Source: an uncultured Planctomycetota bacterium
Lineage (GTDB): Bacteria; Planctomycetota; Planctomycetia; Isosphaerales; Isosphaeraceae
NCBI GenBank assembly: GCA_963823665.1
Contig: CAWGMQ010000003.1
Location: 1,760,001-1,824,000 of the forward strand
Reading direction: 5' to 3'
Length of the DNA stretch: 64,000 bases
The translations under genes and the position numbers were made by a program. How positions within the stretch are numbered: position 1 is the stretch's first letter; each line of letters starts with the position of its first letter. The notes beneath the pieces were generated by a model. The model saw only the letters and a program-made list of their open reading frames with translations. It ran no database searches and had not been told where the DNA came from. Positions 51,401 through 61,309 of this stretch are shown here, piece by piece.

Positions 51401-53429
51401 CGGTCATCGAGCAGCTAACCGTGTACCGGCGGTGGGCCGACCGTCGGCTCCTGCGGATGCTCCGCGATTCGGACGAGTCGAGCCGCGACCGCCTGCACGC
51501 CAGCCTCGCCCTGCTGCCGGTCGATCCCTCTCAGGCCGATTACCTTGGGAAGCGGCTGCTCGGTATCGCACCGGCCGAGCTGCCGGTGCTACGCGAGGCC
51601 CTGGCGCCGTATCGAAACCGCCTGACCCCGACGCTCTGGGCCGAGCTGAAAAAGGCCAGGCCGGACGATCCGGCGCTTCTGGCCTCCGCGGCAGCCCTGG
51701 CGCTCTATGACCCCGACGCCCCCCGCTGGTCCGAGCTTGGCGCCAAAGTCGCCGAGGCGCTCGTCCAGGTCAATCCCATCTTGCTCGGTCACTGGCTCGA
51801 TGCGCTGCGCCCCGTGCGGGTCCGGCTCGCCGGGCCGCTCGAGCGGATCTTTCTCAGCGGAGGCGCCGGGGCCAAGCACGAGCTGGCCACCAGCATCCTC
51901 GCCGATTACGCGGCCGACGACCCGGACCGTCTCGCGGGCCTGCTCGTGGCCGCCGACCCGAAGGCATACGTCGTGCTCTTCCCGGTTGCCGAGCGCCGCG
52001 CCGCGCAGGTGCTCCCCCACTTCAAGGCCGAGCTGGAGAAGAGGGCGAAGTCCCAGGGGCCGGCTTTGACCGAGCCGGCCAAGGATGAGCTGGCCGAGCG
52101 GCAGGCGCGCGCAGCCGTGTCCCTGGTCCGGCTTGGTCATTCCCGCGATGTCTGGCCGCTCTTGCGTTACAGCGCCGATCCCCAGCTTCGCAGCTACATC
52201 GTCAACTGGCTGAATCCCTTGGGTGCCGATCCGAAGCAGATCCTCGCCGAGCTTGACCGTCTCGCCAGCGTGGGGCGCAGCGCAGCCACGAGCGTGGAGC
52301 GCGGGGCTCCGGTCCCCGACCGGAAAGTAATCACCAATGCAATGGCGGAAATCCTTTTCCAGCCCGAGACCTCGATACGGCGGGCGCTCATCCTTGCCCT
52401 GGTGCTTACGGGACCGAAGCCCTTTCTCCCGGCGAGCGCGAGGCCATGGTCGCCCGGCTCCTCGAGCTATTTGAGCACGACCCGGATGCCGGTATTCATG
52501 GCGCATCGGCCTGGGCTCTGCGGAAGTGGAATCAACACCGGAAGCTCAGAGCGCTCACCGCGAGCTTGAGCGGCAAGGATCGCGGCGACCGCCACTGGTA
52601 CGTCAATAGCCAGGGACAGTCGCTCGCCATCGTCGACGGTCCGCTGGAGTTCCGCATGGGCTCACCGCCCGATGAGCCGGCACGGCACGATACCGAGCCT
52701 GCCCACCAGCAAGTCGTCCCACGCCGTTTCGCGGTCGCCGACACGGAGGTGACCGTCGAGCAATACCAGGTATTCGTAAAGGAGAGCCCCGGAGTCGAAC
52801 ACGTCAGGAACGACGATCGCAGCCCCGATGCGAAAGGCCCCATCAATGGACTGAACTGGTTTCATGCCGCGGCCTATTGCAACTGGCTTAGCCGCAAGGA
52901 GCACCTGCCGGAGTGCTACGAGCCGAACGAGCAGGGGCACTATGCCCTTGGGATGCGCACGAAGGCCGATGCCTTGAAATCGGGGGGATACCGCTTACCT
53001 ACCGAAGCGGAATGGGAGTATGCCGCGCGCGCCGGGGCTACGACCAGCCGGCACTTTGGTTCCACCGACCGCCTTCTCGGGCAATATGCCTGGTACCTGG
53101 GAAACAGCAAGAACCAAGCTTGGCCCGTCGGAGCCTTGCTGCCGAACGACCTGGGGCTGTTTGACATGCTGGGGAACATGTACGAATGGTGTGAGGATCC
53201 GCAGGATAGTTTGACTGGGTCCATTCCATCTACATATGACCATCAATACAAAATAACTCTTTGCCTTCGGGGCGGTTCGTTCTACGATGTAGCGGGGTTC
53301 CTCCGCTCGGCGGGTTACCGACGCGGGCCCCTCGCACCTGAGGACATCCGGTACCGCGACTTCGGGTTCCGCCCCGCCAGGACTTACCACTCAGCGCCAC
53401 TGGACTTACGACCGCACCTGGCTCTATGA
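48416..53429 (+). CDS. Ser/Thr kinase + nSTAND1-like NTPase + FGE-sulfatase (SUMF1) domain protein; frameshifts ~50165, ~51150, ~52400
   Basis: HRDIKPAN/DFG/YMSPEQ; GPSGCGKSS and LVLDQFEQ; FRMGSP, YRLPTEAEWEYAAR, LFDMLGNMYEWC, GFRPART. Confidence 0.85.
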
Positions 53430-53458
53430 CGAGCTGAGAGACCGGGGCGATTCCGCGA
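53393..53458 (+). repeat. Remnant 3' end of ECF gene (direct repeat of 48182-48247)
   Basis: 62/66 nt identity by manual alignment. Confidence 0.88.
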
Positions 53459-53482
53459 TTTCCGGAAAGATTTTTTGAAGGC

Positions 53483-53512
53483 GTGAGGGGTTTGGCGCCG
53501 GTTCGTCGCATT
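53483..53512 (+). promoter_or_regulatory. Repeated ECF-type promoter motif
   Basis: GTGAGGGGTT-N10-TCGTCGCATT. Confidence 0.6.
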
Positions 53513-53674
53513 ACCTGAAGCGAGCGAACAAACGAGCCCGCAACAATCGTCACCGTTTGACCCCTGGAGACACATCAGGCCGCTGAAGGCAAGGGTTTCC
53601 CGCATTGTCAAGCGTCGCCGGGCTTCATCCCGGCCGCGGAAGTGATCGTTCTGCGCGCCGGGGACCTCAGATTT

Positions 53675-53734
53675 GTAGGGTGGGCGCAACCCACCGGCAT
53701 ATTCAAGAACGATGGTGGGTTGCACCCACCCTAC
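53675..53734. repeat. GTAG-type REP doublet (REPIN)
   Basis: GTAGGGTGGGCGCAACCCACC ... GGTGGGTTGCACCCACCCTAC inverted pair. Confidence 0.75.
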
Positions 53735-53848
53735 GAGCCTCGCGGAGCTGCGATCGCCGGCCGTGAACGGGCGGGCGCCGCAGGTAGCGCTCGCGTCAGC
53801 CTGAAAAGGTCCACAGGGTTTTGCCATCACCAGAGGAGCAACAGCAAG

Positions 53849-55816
53849 ATGACTCGCAATTCAACCAGCGTCGAGCAAACGAGCGGGAGTCGCACGGTCG
53901 CAAGCCGGCAACGACGCCGGTGGCGGATGCAGCCGGCACTGCTGCCGCTCGAGGACCGCAAGCTGCTCTCCACGATCGTCGTCAACAACCCCACCGACAC
54001 GCCAGTCGCTGGCCAGATCGACCTGCGGCAAGCGATCGTCCAGGCGAATACGACCGGCGGCAACCAGACGATCACCTTTGACAAGACGGTGTTCAAGACG
54101 CCGCAGACGATCAACCTCACGGGCGGCCAGCTCGAGCTCTCCGACACGACCGGGACGGAGACGATCACCGGCCCGAATGCGGGCGTGACGGTGAGCGCCG
54201 GCGGGAACAGCCGGGTGTTCGAGGTCGACGCGAACGTCACGGCGTCGATGTCGGGAATGACGATCACCGGGGGCAGCGCGACGGGTTCGGGAACGAGCGC
54301 CTATGGCGGCGGGCTGCTCAACTTTGGCACGACCACGCTGAAAAACTGCACGGTCAGCGGCAACTCGGCCGGCTACGGTGGGGGTGGCATCTCGAGCGGC
54401 ACCTACTTGGACGAGACGACGGGCACGATCGCGCTGACCAACTGCCTGGTCAGCGGAAACACCGCCGGCACGTACGCCGGCGGGGGCCTGGCCAATTACT
54501 CCGGCACGACCAATCTGACCAACTGTATCGTCAGCGGCAACACGGCCCCCGCCGGTGGCGGCTTATACAGCTTAGGTGGTACGAACACACTGACCAACTG
54601 CACCGTCATCAACAACACCGCTGACAAAAAGGTGGGCGGAGGCCTGATAGTCATTAGCTGCACGACCACTCTGACCAACTGCAACGTCAGCGGAAATACT
54701 GCCGTCATGGCCGGAGGTGGCGTGGCCAGCGCGGCTCGCGACGGCGGAACGGCAGTGACGACGTTGATCAATTGCACCGTCAGCGGCAACTCCGCGGGCG
54801 GCTACGGCGGCGGTGGCGTGGCAACTTATGACTACGCCACGACCAAGCTGACCAACTGCACTGTCAGCAGCAATTCCTCCTCCACGAACGGCGGCGGCAT
54901 CTGGAACGCCTACCTCGGCACGCTCGATCTCAGCCAATGCACCGTAAGCGGCAACTCCGCCGCGAGCGGCGGCGGGATCTTCAACAACGTGTCCACGCTG
55001 CACGGCGAGGGGGGCACGGTGGATGTCAGCTCCAGCAGCATCATCAACAACAAGGCGACGACCGCGGGGGGCGGCGTCAGCACGATCGGTGGCACCGTGA
55101 CGATCGCTGATTCGGTCGTGAGCGGCAACACCGCCGCGGGCGGCGGTGGCATTTCCAACGAGGCCACGTTGATCGTCACTTCCAGCATTCTCAACAGCAA
55201 CAAGGCCATCGGTAGCGCCGGTGGCGCTGGGATCGGTGGCGGCATCTTGAGCAACGGCGGGAGTCTCGCGCTCGGCGGCAGCACGCTTTCCGCTAACACG
55301 GCAATGGGCGGTGCCGGGACAAGCGGAGTCGGTGGTGGCGCTGGCATCGGCGGCGGTGTCGCTCTCGAGAATGACGCGACGGCGACCATCACCAGCACCA
55401 TCATCCTGCGCAACCTGGCCCAGGGCGGAGCCATCGGTACAGGGACGGGCGCCGGCGACGGCATCGGCGGCGGCATCGCCGTGGGCGTCAGCGGTGCGTC
55501 GGACGCGTCGTCCCTGACCCTCAGCAACAGCTTGCTGACCGGCAACCTGGCCCAGGGCGGCCGCGGCGGCTCGGGACCTGGCGCCGGCAACGGCGAAGGC
55601 GGCGGCGCCTTCGTCGGCGCGAGCGGCTCGGCGAGTTTTGACGAGACGAATATCTTCGCGAACTCGGCTGTCGGCATGGGCTTCGGCGGCACCGGCATCG
55701 GCGGCGGCCTCTATGTCGCCACTGGCGGCGTGGTCACGCTCAAGAAAACGAGCTATGCGCTCAACTTCGCCTCCACCAGCAACAACGACATCTTTGGCAC
55801 GGTGACTTACCTCTGA
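53849..55816 (+). CDS. Extracellular Gly-rich right-handed beta-helix repeat protein
   Basis: RRRWR...LEDRKLLS planctomycete export motif, LRQAI, repeated LTNCTVSGNxA-GGG units. Confidence 0.88.
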   Translation: MTRNSTSVEQTSGSRTVASRQRRRWRMQPALLPLEDRKLLSTIVVNNPTDTPVAGQIDLRQAIVQANTTGGNQTITFDKTVFKTPQTINLTGGQLELSDTTGTETITGPNAGVTVSAGGNSRVFEVDANVTASMSGMTITGGSATGSGTSAYGGGLLNFGTTTLKNCTVSGNSAGYGGGGISSGTYLDETTGTIALTNCLVSGNTAGTYAGGGLANYSGTTNLTNCIVSGNTAPAGGGLYSLGGTNTLTNCTVINNTADKKVGGGLIVISCTTTLTNCNVSGNTAVMAGGGVASAARDGGTAVTTLINCTVSGNSAGGYGGGGVATYDYATTKLTNCTVSSNSSSTNGGGIWNAYLGTLDLSQCTVSGNSAASGGGIFNNVSTLHGEGGTVDVSSSSIINNKATTAGGGVSTIGGTVTIADSVVSGNTAAGGGGISNEATLIVTSSILNSNKAIGSAGGAGIGGGILSNGGSLALGGSTLSANTAMGGAGTSGVGGGAGIGGGVALENDATATITSTIILRNLAQGGAIGTGTGAGDGIGGGIAVGVSGASDASSLTLSNSLLTGNLAQGGRGGSGPGAGNGEGGGAFVGASGSASFDETNIFANSAVGMGFGGTGIGGGLYVATGGVVTLKKTSYALNFASTSNNDIFGTVTYL

Positions 55817-56032
55817 GACAAGTATGGCTTCAGCGCACGCAGACCGAGGATGGGTAGTCGTGGCCCGGTGTCGTCCGGGTAGATGGCGATGCCTTCGGGG
55901 TGAGAGAAGCAGGGCAAACGGTCGAGGATTCTCACGCTTCCGTAAGGTCGTCTTCTAGGTGCTGGTGGCCGAGCGGCTCGACTTCCTCGGGCTCCCGGAA
56001 CGGTCGACAGCGTGACACAATTCGTTTCGCTC

Positions 56033-56062
56033 GTGAGGGGTTCCGAGGGCATTCGTCGCATT
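56033..56062 (+). promoter_or_regulatory. Repeated ECF-type promoter motif
   Basis: GTGAGGGGTT-N10-TCGTCGCATT, 37 nt before GTG 56100. Confidence 0.6.
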
Positions 56063-56099
56063 AACGTTAGGGCCCTCTTAGAGGGATCGGAGCGATTTC

Positions 56100-56967
56100 G
56101 TGAGCAATCCAGCGCAGATCGAATCGATCTTTTTCGCTGCGCTGGAGAAGAAATCCGCCGCGGAACGGGCGGAGTATCTGGACCAAGCCTGCGGCGGCGA
56201 CACCGCGCTGAGCGAACGCGTGGAACGGCTGCTGGAATCCCATCCGCAGGTGAAGGATTTCCTGTCCCGGCCAGCCGTCGATCGGCGCGAGTTCGACTCG
56301 CGGATCGCAGCGGAGGACTCGAGCGGCCTGGAAGCATCGGCACGCGATTCCGGGGCAGGCGCCGAGATGATCAAAACGCTCGCCGACGAGCGCGGCGACC
56401 TGGTGGCGAGCGCCTTGAGGTTCCTGGAGCCAACGGACAAGCCCGGCTCGCTGGGACGGCTGGGGCACTATGAGGTGCTAGAGGTCCTGGGGAACGGTGG
56501 CTTCGGCACCGTGGTCAAGGCGTTCGACGGGAAAGGGAATGCCTCTGACAAGCTTTGCGACCTATTCATCGCTGGTAGACGACCTGTCGCCGCTCCAGGG
56601 GAATGAAGCTGAAGCATCTCGTCTGTGCCAACGTTGGGAGAGTGTCCAACATCTCGGTACTCTCCGGAATGCCGCCGGAAACTCTGGAGCTGAGCGGAAC
56701 GAAAGTGCACGACCTGACGCCCCTCGCCGAGATGAAGCTGAAGAAATTGAACCTGAGCAACACGAAAGTCGAAGATCTGTCGGTCCTCGCGAGCATGAAG
56801 GTAGATGAACTGGATCTTTCACCCCCAGGAACATAACCAAGCAGGGCCTGGAAATCCTCCGTAACATGAAGAGTCTGAAAACCATCGGCAACGACGTTCA
56901 CTACGAGTTAGCCTGGCCGCCGGCGGAATTCTGGGCTCGCTACGAGAAGGGCGAGTTCAAGAAATAA
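56100..56967 (+). pseudogene. Internally deleted Ser/Thr kinase-LRR gene
   Basis: The kinase N-terminus stops at GFGTVVKAFD (~56530) and jumps to LRRs homologous to 59035-59300, then to a C-terminus homologous to 59715-59864 (WPPAEFWARYEKGEFKK*). Confidence 0.85.
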
Positions 56968-56977
56968 CTGAATCCGC

Positions 56978-57007
56978 GTGAGGGGTTCCGGGCCGTTTCG
57001 GCGCATT
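56978..57007 (+). promoter_or_regulatory. Repeated ECF-type promoter motif
   Basis: GTGAGGGGTT-N10-TCGGCGCATT, 31 nt before ATG 57039. Confidence 0.6.
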
Positions 57008-57038
57008 GCAGGTAGGGGATGTTTGTCGGAGTCAGACC

Positions 57039-59864
57039 ATGAGCAGGTCGTCGCAAGTCGAATCCATCTTTTTCGCCGCGCTGGAAAAAAGAGCGCGGAA
57101 GAACGGGTGGCGTTCGTGAAATCGGCTTGCGAGGGCGATGCCTTGCTCCGCCGCCAGGTCCAGAGGTTGTTGAACGTCCATCCCAAGCTGGGTGATTTCC
57201 TCATGAAACCTGCCTCGGAGCAGTTGACCGAGGCGGCTACCTGGCCGGATGTTAACGACGAGCCAGGACCGCTCTATGGTCGAGCAAGCGCTGGGATGTC
57301 CACGCGAGAAAACCCCACCCTCGCGCTGAATGAAAATGACGAATCGAGCGAAGACGAGGATGGCGGGCTCGATTTCCTGGAGCCTTCGACCAGGCCGGAC
57401 TCCATCGGCCGGATCGGACATTACGAGGTTCTCGAAGTGCTCGGCAAGGGCGGGTTCGGCATCGTGTTCCGCGCGTTCGACGAAACGCTGCACCGCGTGG
57501 TCGCGATCAAGGTGCTGGCCGCGCAGATCGCCGCCACTTCCCCCGCCCGCAAGCGGTTTCTGCGCGAGGCCCGGTCGTCGGCCAAGGTCCGGCACGAGAA
57601 CGTCGTCCAGGTGTATGCGGTCGAGGAGCAACCGCTGCCCTACCTGGTGATGGAGTTCATCCCCGGCGAAACCCTCCAGCAACGGCTCGATCGGACGGGC
57701 CCTCTGGAGACGGTGGATGTGGTGCAGATCGGCCGGCAGATCGCCCTGGGCCTGGCCGCCGCCCACAACATGGGGCTGATTCACCGGGACATCAAGCCGG
57801 GAAACATCCTGATCGAGGCCGGGCCGAGCCAGCGACGTCAAGATCACCGACTTCGGACTGGCCCGGACGGTCGACGACGCCAGCATGACCCAATCCGGGT
57901 TCGTCGCCGGGACGCCGATGTTCATGGCCCCGGAACAGGCGCATGGCGACACGCTCGACCATCGGGCCGACCTGTTCAGCCTCGGCAGCGTGCTCTACAC
58001 GATGTGTTCTGGCCGGCCGCCGTTCCGGGCCAATGGCACGCTCGCAGTCCTCAAACGGGTGGCCGAGGATACGCCGCGGCCGATCCCGGAGATCATCCCC
58101 GAGGTGCCGCAGTGGCTCTGCGACATCATCACCCGGCTGCACGCCAAGAAGCCGGAAGACCGGATCGCCACGGCCAAAGAAGTGGCAGACCTGCTGGGAT
58201 ATGGCCTGGCGGTGACGGCAAGGTTCGAGGAGCGACTCGTCGTTCCCGGATGTCGCGCCGCCGGCGGTGGAGAAAAAGCCGCTGCCGCTTGAAGAACTTT
58301 CAGAAGCCGCGGCCTGGCGAGGCGATGGCCACGTTTCCGCACCAGCCGGTCTGGGCCGCCGCCGCGGCCGTCCTCGTGATGCTTTTCGGCGGCCTCGGTT
58401 TCACGGAAGCGACGCGGCGTCACCGATGTGCACGGCACAGTCATTCGCCTGTTCTCGCCGGAGGGCACGCTGGTCGTCGAAGTCGATGACCCCGGCGTCA
58501 GCGTCAAGATCGACGGGTCGGATATCGTCATCACGGGAGCGGGGGCGAAGGAAATCCGCTTGAAGCCCGGCAGCTACACGGTCGAGGCCCGCAAGGACGG
58601 CAAGCTCGTGCGCCGCGAGCTGGTCACCGTCACGCGAAACGGCCGGCAGGTCGTGCGGGTCAGCCAGGAGCCGCCGGCGCATGCCGCGAAGGTTGCCACG
58701 CGGTCAGCCGACGCGTCTGCGTGGGAAAGTGTCGTGGCCGTCCTGTCGGCAGCCGAGCAGGTGAAGGCTGTGGGAGCGCGTTTGAAGGAACTCAATCCCG
58801 ATTTTGACGGGGCCATTGTGCCCACCATCGAGTACGACGTCCTGCGGGGACTACAGTTCAACGCGGACGACGTGAGCGATATCTCGCCGGTGCGCGCGCT
58901 GACCAAGTTGAGGTCTCTCAATTGTTCGGGCAAAGGCGACCGCATCAGTCCGCTGATTGACCTCTCGCCCCTTTCCGGGTTGCCTCTGACAAGCTTGACG
59001 GTCGGCAAGGGCCAACTGGTCGACCTCTCACCGCTCAAGGGGATGCCCCTGATCCGTTTCGCGACCTATGCCACGCTGGTGGACGACCTGTCGCCGCTTG
59101 AGGGAATGAAGCTGAGGCATCTCGTCTGTGCCAACGCCGGCAGGGTGTCTGACCTTTCACCGCTCAAGAGAATGCCGCTGGAAACTCTGGACCTGAGCGG
59201 AACGAAAGTCGACGACCTGACACCCCTCACGGGCATGAAGCTGGAAAAACTGTATCTGAGCGGAACGAAAGTTGAGGAGTTGAGGGCCCTGGCCGGCATA
59301 AAGTTGGAGACGTTAGATATCTCCGGCACGAAGATCGCCAATCTCTCGCAATTGAAGGGAATGAAACTAACCACGCTCAATGTGGCTGGCACGGCGGTAT
59401 CCGACCTGTCGCCGCTCAAGGGCATGAAGCTGACATGGCTACAATGTGCCGGTACGAACGTGTCTGACCTCTCACCGCTCTCAGGGATGCCGCTGAAGGA
59501 GCTCAACTGTAGCGATTCGAAGGTGAGCGACGCGAGCCTGGCTCACTTCGCTGGGTGCAAGGACCTGATCAAGCTTTTGCTGAATGGCACGCGAGTGAGC
59601 GACGCGGGGCTAACTCACCTCAAGGACTGCAAGAAACTGAGCGTGCTCTCTCTGGTCGACACCAAGGTCTCCGGCCTGGGGCCTCTCCAGGGCATGATGC
59701 TCGACGTGATCCGCGTGACGCCGAAGAACTTGAGCGCTCGGGGCCTGGAAATCCTCCGCAACATGAAGAGCCTGAAAACGATCGGTAGCGACATTCACTA
59801 CCATGTAGCCTGGCCGCCGGCGGAGTTCTGGGCTCGCTACGAGAAGGGGGAGTTCAAGAAGTAG
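57039..59864 (+). CDS. Membrane Ser/Thr kinase with leucine-rich repeats (several frameshifts)
   Basis: MSRSSQVESIFFAALEK, HRDIKPGN, FMAPEQ, TM helix, GTLVVEVDDPG domain, internalin-like DLSPLKGMxL repeats. Shifts near 57088, 57835, 58250 and 58410. Confidence 0.85.
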
Positions 59865-60034
59865 AATTGTCCAAAAACGATTGCATCGAACGGCAGTCGG
59901 AGATAGGCTTGCGACAAAGAAAGTGGTCGCTCACGCGCGGCGGCGTTGGGCGTCTGTTTTCCATTACGCGTTCGTCGCGTTAGCCGTTGCTTCGCTCGCT
60001 GGTGCGCTCGAGTTCCTGACAGGTTCGACCGGGC

Positions 60035-61309
60035 ATGTATTTCCCGTTCAACTGCCTTGGCTGCGGTCACGAAAACCACGCCGGATGGTCGCAGATCGGC
60101 GAGCGACTTTCCTGCCGTGTGTGCGGAAGGGCGGCGATCGTTCCGGCGCCGATGGAACCGGTCGAAGGGGGAACCCGGTGGGAGTTCGTGGTGCGGTTCG
60201 CATGCCTGATCTGTGGACGCAGCTTCGCCGCGAAGCCGGAACTTGTCGGCCAGAAGATCCGGTGCAGTGGTTGCGGGGCGGGCGTGAGGGTGCCGGCGGG
60301 CAATTCGTTCCCCGTCGAACACGAGACGCGAATTGTGCTTCAGGCGCTGTCCGGCAGAAACCGCGCGCTCGCTCCGCCGACCGAGCCTACGCGCGGGGAG
60401 AGGCCGCCGGCGGATCGTTCAATCCCGGCCGCAAATCCCTGGTGGCGCGACCCAAATGACGGCACTTCCGACAGCGATCGCTCGAATGCTCCGACGACCG
60501 GGCCGAGGAGCGATGTGAGACCGCCGGCGGGTCATTCAAGCCCGGTCGCGAATCCCTGGCCCGTTCCGCCTGACGACGATTCGGGCGATACCCCCTGGAT
60601 CGCTCCGTCGACCACTGACGCAGTCCCGGCCGCTGAGGCCAGGTCCGAGATTGACCCGTGGCGGTCACAGGACCAGCTTGAGGCGATCGCGGACTTCACG
60701 CGCTCAGAGCATGCCGCCGTGGTCCTCCCATCGCGCGGCGAGATGGTGGAGCCGGCCTTGCAGGAGGTGGCCAAGCAAGAGGCCGCGGAAGTAGCGCAAG
60801 TCGCCGAGAAGGCGAAAAAGGCGAAGAAAAAGCGAAGGAAGAAATCGGGCCTCTCTGACCTGAAAGAGACGTTGACCATGCTCGGGGGAGTGGGCGTCGT
60901 CGTCGCGGTGCTGGGATTCGTGGCCTGGCGTTTTCCGGAGTCTCGATTTCCCCTCGCCGGTCTACTGGTCGTGATCGGCGCCGTTCTCTACCTGCTCGGT
61001 GCAATGTCGCTCAGCCGCGTGGCAGAACATGAAAGCTTTCTCAAGTCGATGGCGTTCCGATTCTTCCCACCATACCAGTGGTGGTACGTGGTGATGCACT
61101 GGGAAGACACGCGGGATTTCATGGCGTTCATCGTGTCAGGAGTGATTATCTTGGGAATCGGTCTTGGCGTGTACAGAACGTCCAACACCTTCCTGGAAGC
61201 GGAGAAGGCGAACCGTGATTATCAAATCGCGGTCGATGAGGCAGTGCACGGCAAGCTGGCCAAACCCCTGGCGCCATTGACGGACAAAACGGCCGCGCCC
61301 AAGAACTAA
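60035..61309 (+). CDS. Zinc-ribbon-containing membrane protein
   Basis: Two N-terminal double-CxxC ribbons, Pro-rich linker, basic patch, three C-terminal TM helices. Confidence 0.75.
   Translation: MYFPFNCLGCGHENHAGWSQIGERLSCRVCGRAAIVPAPMEPVEGGTRWEFVVRFACLICGRSFAAKPELVGQKIRCSGCGAGVRVPAGNSFPVEHETRIVLQALSGRNRALAPPTEPTRGERPPADRSIPAANPWWRDPNDGTSDSDRSNAPTTGPRSDVRPPAGHSSPVANPWPVPPDDDSGDTPWIAPSTTDAVPAAEARSEIDPWRSQDQLEAIADFTRSEHAAVVLPSRGEMVEPALQEVAKQEAAEVAQVAEKAKKAKKKRRKKSGLSDLKETLTMLGGVGVVVAVLGFVAWRFPESRFPLAGLLVVIGAVLYLLGAMSLSRVAEHESFLKSMAFRFFPPYQWWYVVMHWEDTRDFMAFIVSGVIILGIGLGVYRTSNTFLEAEKANRDYQIAVDEAVHGKLAKPLAPLTDKTAAPKN

Noticed and set aside
53230..53392. FGE-sulfatase C-terminus as a DGR target
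   Set aside because: No template repeat or RT gene is visible in the window.
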